From a virus (lineage: Duplodnaviria > Heunggongvirae > Uroviricota > Caudoviricetes): a stretch of DNA of 14,907 nucleotides. Position 1 is the stretch's first letter. Each line of letters starts with the position of its first letter. Made by a program: the position numbers and the translations under genes. The stretch is from IMG/VR virus record IMGVR_UViG_2695420540_000004. One strand, 5' to 3'. A model generated the notes under the pieces. The model ran no database searches, had not been told where the DNA came from, and saw nothing but the letters and a program-made list of their open reading frames with translations. Shown here piece after piece: positions 8,129 through 14,907 of this stretch.

Positions 8129-8369
8129 TTAACGCGTATTTTTCAGCGACTCCTGTGCAAAATACGCTGTTGCTTTTTTTAATATATCTCGCTCAAGGCG
8201 AGCTTCATTTAACGCCTTACGCAGTTGCAGAATTTCAGATTCCAGTTCAGCCACCGTGCGGGAACCAGGAGTACCGAGCCCTTTTCTGGCGGCGGTAACC
8301 CATTGTCCTAAAGTGCCTTCAGGAAGAGATAATCGGGAAGCGCCTTCACTGATCGAAAGTTGATTTTCA
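8129..8369 (-). CDS. IS3-family transposase OrfA, C-terminal fragment (5'-truncated at the cassette junction)
   Basis: Translates ...LSISEGASRLSLPEGTLGQWVTAARKG...LERDILKKATAYFAQESLKNTR*; HTH and leucine-zipper region typical of IS3 OrfA; no start codon within the fragment. Confidence 0.65.
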
Positions 8370-8432
8370 NGCGGGTTTTTTTATACCTGAAAAACGGCAC
8401 AGGACGTTAAACGTGCTGGTGGTCAGATGAGT

Positions 8433-8461
8433 TTGCAGATGTGATGACATATGGTTATTAT
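8433..8461 (+). promoter_or_regulatory. sigma70-like promoter of the tRNA cassette (copy 3)
   Basis: TTGCAG, 17-nt spacer, TATTAT. Confidence 0.5.
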
Positions 8462-8470
8462 TCTGCCTCC

Positions 8471-8547
8471 GGCCCTTTAGCTCAGTTGGTCAGAGCGAGC
8501 GACTCATAATCGCCAGGTCGCTGGTTCAAGTCCAGCAAGGGCCACCA
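8471..8547 (+). tRNA. tRNA-Ile2 (anticodon CAU; tRNA-Met not excluded)
   Basis: Identical to 3909-3985. Confidence 0.75.
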
Positions 8548-8548
8548 A

Positions 8549-8625
8549 CCACCACTAGCTCATCCGGATAGAGCATCAACCTTCTAAGTTGACGGTGCGA
8601 GGTTCGAGTCCTCGGTGGTGGGCCA
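8549..8625 (+). tRNA. tRNA-Arg (anticodon UCU)
   Basis: Identical to 3987-4063. Confidence 0.7.
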
Positions 8626-8627
8626 GC

Positions 8628-8703
<76 letters not shown>

Positions 8704-8706
8704 TAT

Positions 8707-8781
<75 letters not shown>

Positions 8782-9228
8782 GCGAGATTTGAGACGAAGG
8801 TTGTTATTTGCACTGACACAATATTGTGTGGGAATGTCTGACTCCTTACCATCTCCTGTTCTGTGATGTTGTTTTGTTGCAGTTCCAGTGCTCTTTTTTC
8901 AGCACCAGAATGGTGCATTGTCGGTCAGGTTACGTAGTGAACCTCTGGCAGGGGACTGATAATGCATCATTCTGGTGTTGTAAATATCTCTTCGGACAAC
9001 TTACAAAATATTCTAAGCAAACCCCGGGAACACACTCTTAACTGCCTTGGCTGGCGGTTTTTTGTACAGTGCTCGGTATGTGTGAGCTGGAAATCAGATT
9101 TTGCATGGACTGGAATCATGCTGTTATTTAGGGGCGAAGAACTGGCTTTTTCTTCCGCCTTCTCACCAGTAACGATTAGAAAAATAATGAAATGCCCCCC
9201 TCCGGGGAGGAGGACCGTAGAAAAAAGG
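8782..9228 (+). repeat. Conserved non-coding segment downstream of tRNA cassette (copy B)
   Basis: Near-identical to 4220-4666 (3 substitutions); continues into unique sequence leading to the holin. Confidence 0.8.
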
Positions 9229-9395
9229 ACCCGCCAGCAAAAACATTGGGGATGAACAGCTTTCGCTACTCAGATTGCTGGCGGGTAAAGTTCCTCATGA
9301 ATTAAGAATGCTACGCGATCTTTTTTAATGGAAATGAAAATTATTGTCAATTAGTCGTGCGTGTTTTTTCATACAATATTGGTAAAGGTGATTCA

Positions 9396-9430
9396 GGCCA
9401 TCAGAGTTTTGCTGATGGCCTTTTTTCTTT
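9396..9430 (+). terminator. Strong intrinsic terminator about 30 nt upstream of the lysis genes (possible Q-antiterminated tR')
   Basis: Stem GGCCATCAG / CTGATGGCC with loop agttttg, followed by TTTTTTCTTT. Confidence 0.6.
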
Positions 9431-9461
9431 CCGATAGCACAGGTCTGTCGGGGGGCGGGAT

Positions 9462-9512
9462 ATGTATCAGATGGAAAAAATATCAACAGGCATTGCCTAC
9501 GGCACCTCCGCC
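9462..9512 (+). pseudogene. Second holin-like 5' start (17 codons visible, then masked)
   Basis: ATG 9462 gives [17 protein letters not shown], near-identical at nucleotide level to the start of the holin at 9643 and also carrying a Met1/Met4 dual-start pattern; rest hidden by N-run 9513-9642. Confidence 0.35.
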
Positions 9513-9642
9513 NNNNNNNNNNNNNNNNNNNNNNNNNNNNNNNNNNNNNNNNNNNNNNNNNNNNNNNNNNNNNNNNNNNNNNNNNNNNNNNNNNNNNNNN
9601 NNNNNNNNNNNNNNNNNNNNNNNNNNNNNNNNNNNNNNNNNN

Positions 9643-9864
9643 ATGAAATCCATGGACAAAATTTCAACGGGCATTGCCTACGGCACCTCCGCCGGCAGTG
9701 CCGGCTACTGGTTTTTGCAGTGGTTGGATCAGGTCAGTCCATCACAGTGGGCTGCGATTGGTGTGCTGGGAAGTCTGCTTCTGGGGCTTCTGACTTATCT
9801 GACNNNNNNNNNNNNNNNNNNNNNNNNNNNNNNNNNNNNNNGTAAGGCTGCGAGAGGTGAATAA
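9643..9864 (+). CDS. S: Class II holin / pinholin (phage 21 S-like), dual-start
   Basis: [53 protein letters not shown]...KAARGE matches recalled S21; Met1-Lys-Ser-Met4 dual-start motif; 38 masked nt inside; stop overlaps endolysin ATG. Confidence 0.8.
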   Translation: MKSMDKISTGIAYGTSAGSAGYWFLQWLDQVSPSQWAAIGVLGSLLLGLLTYLXXXXXXXXXXXXXXKAARGE

Positions 9865-10361
9865 TGTCGCCATCATTACGCAAGGCTGTTGCAGTTGCTA
9901 TTGGTGGCGGGGCTGTTGCTATAGCATCTGTGTTAATCACTGGCCCAGGTGGTAACGATGGTCTGGAAGGTGTCAGCTACATACCATACAAAGATATCAT
10001 TGGTGTATGGACTGTATGTCACGGACACACCGGAAAAGACATCATGCCTGGTAAAACGTATACCGAAGCAGAATGCAAAGCTCTCCTGAATAAAGACCTT
10101 GCCACTGTCGCCAGACAAATTAACCCGTACATCAAAGTCGATATACCGGAAACAACGCGCGGCGCTCTTTACTCGTTCGTTTACAACGTGGGCGCTGGCA
10201 ATTTCAGAACATCGACGCTTCTTCGCAAAATAAACCAGGGCGATATCAAAGGCGCATGTGACCAGCTACGTCGCTGGACATATGCTGGCGGTAAGCAATG
10301 GAAAGGGCTGATGACCCGTCGTGAGATTGAGCGTGAAGTCTGTTTGTGGGGGCAGCAATGA
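9864..10361 (+). CDS. R: SAR endolysin (phage 21 R-like lysozyme)
   Basis: 165 aa; weakly hydrophobic Gly/Ala-rich N-terminal SAR domain [20 protein letters not shown]; T4-lysozyme-like E...D...T catalytic region [23 protein letters not shown]. Confidence 0.9.
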   Translation: MSPSLRKAVAVAIGGGAVAIASVLITGPGGNDGLEGVSYIPYKDIIGVWTVCHGHTGKDIMPGKTYTEAECKALLNKDLATVARQINPYIKVDIPETTRGALYSFVYNVGAGNFRTSTLLRKINQGDIKGACDQLRRWTYAGGKQWKGLMTRREIEREVCLWGQQ

Positions 10362-10807
10362 GCAGAGTCACCGCGATTATCTCCGCTCTGGTTATCTGCA
10401 TCATCGTCCGCCTGTCATTGGCTGTTAATCATTACCGTGATAACGCCATTACCTACAAAGAGCAGCGCGACAAAAACGCAAGAGAACTGAAGCTGGCGAA
10501 CGCAACCATTACTGACATGCAGCAGNATGCACTCGATGCTAAATACACGAAGGAGTTAGCTGATGCGAAAGCTGAAAATGAAACTCTGCGCGCTGATGTT
10601 GCCGCTGGTCGTCGTCGGTTGCACATCAAAGCAGTCTGTCAGTCAGTGCGTGAAGCCACCACCGCCTCCGGCGTGGATAATGCAACCAGCCCCCGACTGG
10701 CAGACACCGCTGAACGGGATTATTTCACCCTCAGAGAGCGGCTGATGACGATGCAGATGCAACTGGAAGGGGCACAGGAGTATATCCGCACTCAGTGCAT
10801 TAAGTAG
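10358..10807 (+). CDS. Rz: Rz i-spanin
   Basis: ATG 10358 overlapping endolysin stop (ATGA); N-terminal TM helix [14 protein letters not shown], coiled-coil periplasmic domain; one ambiguous base (n at 10526). Confidence 0.85.
   Translation: MSRVTAIISALVICIIVRLSLAVNHYRDNAITYKEQRDKNARELKLANATITDMQQXALDAKYTKELADAKAENETLRADVAAGRRRLHIKAVCQSVREATTASGVDNATSPRLADTAERDYFTLRERLMTMQMQLEGAQEYIRTQCIK
10563..10745 (+). CDS. Rz1: Rz1 o-spanin lipoprotein, embedded in +1 frame within Rz
   Basis: Signal peptide with lipobox LVVVGC, proline-rich mature region PPPPPAW; wholly inside Rz in a different frame. Confidence 0.75.
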   Translation: MRKLKMKLCALMLPLVVVGCTSKQSVSQCVKPPPPPAWIMQPAPDWQTPLNGIISPSESG

Positions 10808-10849
10808 CCTTTTTATCGTGGTAAACATTTCGCAGGGTATGAGGTATTT

Positions 10850-11200
10850 ATGCCATCACTAATCCCACGTGCCTGCCGTAAGCGTGGATGTGCAGGTACA
10901 ACCACAGACAGTTCGGGTTACTGCGATAAACATCGCGGTGAAGGCTGGGTGCAGCACCAGCGCGGACTGAGCCGCCACCAGCGTGGCTATGGCTCAAAAT
11001 GGACGGTGATTCGTGCCCGTATTCTGAAGCGCGATAAAGGTCTGTGTCAGTTGTGTCTGCGTGTCGGTGTGGTGAGCGAGGCGAAAACCGTCGACCACAT
11101 CATCCCGAAAGCGCATGGCGGAACAGACGCAGACAGCAACCTGCAGAGTCTGTGCTGGCCCTGCCATAAAGCGAAAACAGCGCGCGAACGAATCCGGTGA
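10850..11200 (+). CDS. HNH endonuclease (packaging-associated)
   Basis: ATG 10850 with GAGG RBS; 116 aa; Cys-rich zinc motifs and HNH core DHIIPKAHGG...NLQSLCWPCH; sits immediately upstream of terminase genes. Confidence 0.85.
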   Translation: MPSLIPRACRKRGCAGTTTDSSGYCDKHRGEGWVQHQRGLSRHQRGYGSKWTVIRARILKRDKGLCQLCLRVGVVSEAKTVDHIIPKAHGGTDADSNLQSLCWPCHKAKTARERIR

Positions 11201-11222
11201 TAATTATTCTCACTTGTAGGGA

Positions 11223-11282
11223 GGGGCGGGGCAAATCCCTGTGACCTGACGTCTTCCGGACTGCCCGCCCCATCGTTTTTTT
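11223..11282 (+). other. GC-rich hairpin and T-run between HNH and TerS genes; candidate cos region
   Basis: GGGGCGGG (11223-11230) pairs with CCCGCCCC (11264-11271) around a 33-nt loop containing GACCTGACG, then T-run; GGGGCGG...GACCT loosely resembles lambda-type cohesive-end sequence. Confidence 0.3.
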
Positions 11283-11321
11283 ATACCCGCGAAAAATGAA
11301 ATTTAACCAGGAGTGCCGCAT

Positions 11322-11816
11322 ATGGCTGGAACGGCGGGGCGTTCCGGGCGTCGCCCCAAGCCAACGGCGCGCAAGGCGCTGGCCGGAAACCCCGGCAAGC
11401 GAGCCCTGAACAAAGATGAACCTGTTTTTACGCCCATCAAAGGTGTTGAGCCACCAGAGTGGTTCGCTGAAGAAGATCTCCCTCTCGCCACGATCATGTG
11501 GCAACTGACAACCAAAGAACTCTGCGGTCAGGGCCTGCTGTGCGTGACTGACCTGGCGGTACTTGAGCGGTGGTGCGTGGCCTATGAGTTCTGGCGACGT
11601 GCCGTGAAAAATATTGCCATACAGGGCAACACCATCACCGGTGCAATGGGCGGCAGGGTCAAAAATCCGGAGCTGACCGCCAAAAAAGAACAGGAGTCCG
11701 AGATGAGCAGCACGGGGGCAATGCTCGGACTCGACCCCAGCAGCCGCCAGCGTCTGATTGGCCTGGCGGGGCAGAAGAAAGCCACTAACCCGTTTCTGAA
11801 AATTATCGAATCATGA
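11322..11816 (+). CDS. terS: Terminase small subunit (P27/HK97 gp1 family)
   Basis: ATG 11322 with AGGAG 8 nt upstream; 164 aa; basic N-terminus; stop overlaps TerL ATG; adjacent to HNH and TerL. Confidence 0.8.
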   Translation: MAGTAGRSGRRPKPTARKALAGNPGKRALNKDEPVFTPIKGVEPPEWFAEEDLPLATIMWQLTTKELCGQGLLCVTDLAVLERWCVAYEFWRRAVKNIAIQGNTITGAMGGRVKNPELTAKKEQESEMSSTGAMLGLDPSSRQRLIGLAGQKKATNPFLKIIES

Positions 11817-13546
11817 GCCGGAAATCTTACCCCAACGTAAATGCTGCAAATCAGTATGCCCGGGATGTCGTGCGCGGAAAGATTGTTGCCTGCCAGTTTG
11901 TGATTCAGGCCTGCCAGCGCCATCTTGATGACCTGATGGCGGAAAAAAGTAAGTCGTTTCGTTACCGCTTCGACAAGGACCTGGCTGAACGGGCCGCGAA
12001 ATTTATTCAGCTGTTGCCGCACACCAAGGGGGAGTGGGCATTCAAACGGATGCCCATCACGCTGGAGCCGTGGCAGCTATTTGTGATCTGCTGTGCGTTT
12101 GGCTGGGTCAATAAAGGCACCCGGTTGCGCCGCTTCCGGGAGGTGTACACCGAAATCCCCCGTAAGAACGGCAAATCAGCAATCTCTGCCGGTGTTGCCC
12201 TGTATTGTTTTGCCTGTGATAACGAGTTTGGCGCGGAAGTGTATTCCGGTGCCACGACAGAGAAACAGGCGTGGGAAGTCTTTCGCCCGGCGCGACTGAT
12301 GTGTAAACGCACACCCATGCTGACGGAAGCGTTCGGGATTGAGGTTAACGCCTCAAACATGAACCGTCCGGAGGATGGCGCGCGGTTTGAACCGCTGATC
12401 GGCAACCCAGGTGATGGTTCATCACCCCACTGTGCCGTGGTTGATGAATATCACGAGCATGCCACCGATGCGCTTTATACCACAATGCTTACCGGGATGG
12501 GGGCGCGACGTCAGCCACTGATGTGGGCCATCACCACCGCCGGGTACAACATTGAGGGGCCGTGCTACGACAAGCGGCGGGAAGTCATCGAGATGCTCAA
12601 CGGCTCGGTGCCTAACGATGAACTGTTCGGGATCATCTATACCGTTGATGAAGGTGACGACTGGACCGGCCCGCAGGTGCTGGAAAAAGCCAATCCAAAT
12701 ATTGGCGTGTCGGTTTATCGCGAATTTTTGTTAAGTCAGCAGCAGCGTGCGAAAAATAACGCCCGTCTGGCAAACGTCTTTAAAACAAAACACCTCAATA
12801 TCTGGGTGTCGGCGCGTTCGGCGTATTTCAACTTGGTGAGCTGGCAGAGCTGCGAGGATAAATCACTGACCCTTGAGCAGTTCGAGGGGCAGCCGTGCAT
12901 TCTGGCCTTTGACCTGGCGCGTAAGCTGGATATGAACAGCATGGCGCGACTTTATACCCGCGAGATTGACGGTAAAACGCATTACTACAGTGTGGCCCCG
13001 CGTTTCTGGGTACCGTATGACACGGTGTACAGCGTCGAGAAAAATGAAGATCGACGGACAGCCGAACGCTTTCAGAAATGGGTGGAAATGGGCGTTCTGA
13101 CCGTTACCGATGGTGCGGAGGTGGATTATCGCTACATCCTCGAGGAGGCCAAAGCGGCGAACAAAATCAGCCCGGTCAGTGAGTCACCCATCGACCCCTT
13201 CGGGGCGACCGGGTTGTCACATGACCTTGCTGATGAAGACCTGAATCCCGTCACTATCGTCCAGAACTTCACCAATATGTCCGATCCGATGAAAGAGCTG
13301 GAAGCAGCGATTGAATCGGGACGTTTTCATCATGACGGCAATCCCATCATGACCTGGTGTATCGGCAACGTGGTCGGCAAAAACATGCCGGGTAACGATG
13401 ATGTGGTGAAACCCGTCAAAGAGCAGGCGGAAAACAAAATCGATGGTGCAGTTGCGCTGATTATGGCGGTTGGCAGAGCCATGCTGTACGAGAAAGAAGA
13501 CACGCTGTCTGACCACATTGAGTCCTACGGGATCCGCTCGCTTTAA
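11813..13546 (+). CDS. terL: Terminase large subunit (HK97-type)
   Basis: 577 aa; Walker A-like EIPRKNGKS, ATPase and nuclease domain length and architecture typical of TerL. Confidence 0.9.
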   Translation: MSRKSYPNVNAANQYARDVVRGKIVACQFVIQACQRHLDDLMAEKSKSFRYRFDKDLAERAAKFIQLLPHTKGEWAFKRMPITLEPWQLFVICCAFGWVNKGTRLRRFREVYTEIPRKNGKSAISAGVALYCFACDNEFGAEVYSGATTEKQAWEVFRPARLMCKRTPMLTEAFGIEVNASNMNRPEDGARFEPLIGNPGDGSSPHCAVVDEYHEHATDALYTTMLTGMGARRQPLMWAITTAGYNIEGPCYDKRREVIEMLNGSVPNDELFGIIYTVDEGDDWTGPQVLEKANPNIGVSVYREFLLSQQQRAKNNARLANVFKTKHLNIWVSARSAYFNLVSWQSCEDKSLTLEQFEGQPCILAFDLARKLDMNSMARLYTREIDGKTHYYSVAPRFWVPYDTVYSVEKNEDRRTAERFQKWVEMGVLTVTDGAEVDYRYILEEAKAANKISPVSESPIDPFGATGLSHDLADEDLNPVTIVQNFTNMSDPMKELEAAIESGRFHHDGNPIMTWCIGNVVGKNMPGNDDVVKPVKEQAENKIDGAVALIMAVGRAMLYEKEDTLSDHIESYGIRSL

Positions 13547-13557
13547 CTGAGGTAATT

Positions 13558-13740
13558 ATGATCATGCTGATTCTCGCGCCTCTGGTGGGCGTGCTGGGTG
13601 CGCTTTTGCTGGCGTATGGTGCCTGGCTGATTTATCCCCCGGCGGGTTTTGTTGTTGCCGGGGCGCTGTGCCTGTTCTGGTCGTGGCTGGTGGCGCGATA
13701 TCTCGACCGTACACGGCAGTCTGTCGGCGGAGGTAAATAG
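13558..13740 (+). CDS. Hypothetical small membrane protein (two predicted TM helices)
   Basis: ATG 13558 with GAGG 5 nt upstream; 60 aa; stop overlaps the putative portal GTG start. Confidence 0.4.
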   Translation: MIMLILAPLVGVLGALLLAYGAWLIYPPAGFVVAGALCLFWSWLVARYLDRTRQSVGGGK

Positions 13741-14896
13741 TGTTCTTTTCGGGATTATTTCAACGAAAAAGCGATGTGCCGGTGACCACGCCAGCAGAAC
13801 TGCTGATGCTATCGGGCTGTCATACGACACCTATACCGGAAAGCGGATCAGTAGCCAGCGGGCCATGCGCCTGACGGCGGTCTATTCTTGCGTCAGGGTG
13901 CTGGCAGAGTCTGTTGGTATGCTGCCCTGCAGTCTCTACAAAATCAGCGGTACCCTGAAAACACGGGCGGTGGATGAACGACTGCATAAGTTGGTTTCGG
14001 CAAAACCTAATGGCTACATGACACCGCAGGAATTCTGGGAGCTGGTTATTGTCTGCCTGTGTCTACGGGGGAATTTTTACGCCTACAAGGTAAAGGCACT
14101 GGGAGAAGTGGTGGAGCTTCTTCCGATAGATCCGGGCTGTGTGGAACCGAAGCTGAACAGCCAGTGGCAGCCGGTTTATCAGGTGACGTTTCCGGATGGT
14201 TCCGTGGATGTGTTGACCCAGAATGAAATCTGGCATGTGCGCACCCTGACGCTGGATGGACTTGTCGGGCTGAATCCCATTGCGTATGCGCGTGAGGCCA
14301 TTTCACTGGCAGCGGCAACCGAGGAGCACGGTGCCAGGTTGTTTAGTAATGGTGCGGTGACATCCGGTGTGTTGCGTACGGAACAAAAGCTCACGCCGGA
14401 TGCTTACGAGCGTCTGAAGAAAGATTTTGAGGAGTGTCACACGGGGCTTGGCAATGCTCACCGCCCGATGATTCTGGAAATGGGGCTGGACTGGAAGTCG
14501 ATGGCGCTGAACGCCGAGGACAGTCAGTTCCTGGAAACCCGCAAGTTTCAGCTGGAAGAAATCTGTCGTCTGTTCCGGGTGCCGTTGCACATGGTGCAGA
14601 ACACCGATCGCGCCACCTTCAACAATATCGAAGAGCTGGGGCTGGGATTTATCAACTATTCACTGGTGCCGTATCTGACCCGCATCGAACAGCGGATCAA
14701 CACCGGACTGGTACGAAAAAGTAAGCAGGGCGTTTATTACGCCAAATTTAACGCCGGGGCGTTACTGCGCGGGGATATGAAGTCCCGTTTTGAAGCCTAC
14801 GCCACCGGGATCAACTGGGGAATTTACTCTTCCAATGACTGCCGCGACCTGGAAGATATGAATCCGCGTCCCGGTGGTGTAATGCCGATCAGTTAA
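13740..14896 (+). CDS. Phage portal protein (HK97 family) with apparent -1 frameshift near 13830
   Basis: Main frame from about 13830 to TAA 14896 is portal-like (...AMRLTAVYSCVRVLAESVGMLP...FRVPLHMVQNT...). A portal-like N-terminus MFFSGLFQRKSDVPVTTPAELLMLSGCHTT starts at GTG 13740 with GGAGG RBS but in another frame, stopping at TGA 13872-13874. Confidence 0.7.
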
Positions 14897-14907
14897 GGAT
14901 CAGTTGA

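Larger units (their letters stand above)
7232..8369 (-). mobile_element. IS3-family insertion sequence (IS3 group), 5'-truncated at 8369/8370
   Basis: Terminal repeat TGAGGTGTACTGGCAATAGCGGACAC at 7232 resembles IS3-group IRs; orfA/orfB organisation with A6G slippery motif; orfA N-terminus and left IR are missing, with a single n at the break. Confidence 0.75.

Noticed and set aside
7819-8298. Plus-strand ORFs 7819-8058 and 8101-8298 inside the IS3-family element
   Set aside because: Antisense to the transposase genes with Ser/Arg-rich composition; shadow ORFs
9344-9377. TTGTCA ... TACAAT as the late promoter upstream of the terminator at 9396
   Set aside because: Spacer would be 22 nt, outside the sigma70 range; alternative registers give weak hexamers, so no confident promoter call
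11100-11504. Minus-strand 134-aa ORF spanning the HNH 3' end, cos candidate and TerS 5' end
   Set aside because: Overlaps two well-supported plus-strand genes and the GC-rich intergenic hairpin; composition driven by GC content
13649-13739. ORF-track start 13649 for the portal gene
   Set aside because: That extension lies in a different frame inside the upstream small ORF and translates to Cys/Trp/Arg-rich junk; the credible start is GTG 13740 with a frameshift, or ATG 13865

Overview
This window reads as a mosaic lambdoid-prophage late-control, lysis and packaging region, cut up by IS elements; I see no obviously novel defence system or toxin. Calls rest on reading the sequence and on recalled family motifs, with no database search run. 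Order on the + strand: IS2 right end (1-178), a 3' remnant of an upstream gene, DnaB-type helicase, small ORF, RusA resolvase, Q-type antiterminator with a candidate PR'/tR' pair, an ORF6N-domain gene with its own strong promoter, then tRNA cassette copy 1. Each cassette is a promoter plus four tRNAs: Ile2(CAU), Arg(UCU), Thr(UGU), Gly(UCC). After copy 1 come a ~450-bp non-coding segment, a 40-nt N-run, an IS2 left-end fragment (reverse), a second nin-like block (small ORF, 199-aa protein, YbcO-like protein, second Q-like gene), cassette copy 2, a hairpin-rich unique spacer, a 5'-truncated IS3-family element (reverse), and cassette copy 3 with the same ~450-bp segment. The window ends with a phage-21-type lysis cassette (dual-start pinholin, SAR endolysin, Rz/Rz1), an HNH endonuclease, a candidate cos region, TerS, TerL, a small membrane ORF and an HK97-type portal with an apparent N-terminal frameshift. 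The most unusual feature is the cassette present three times with apparently identical sequence and sharp, differing junctions. N-runs (4667-4706, 9513-9642, 9804-9841) and single n at 8370 and 10526 hide sequence, so real rearrangement cannot be separated from assembly artefact here.
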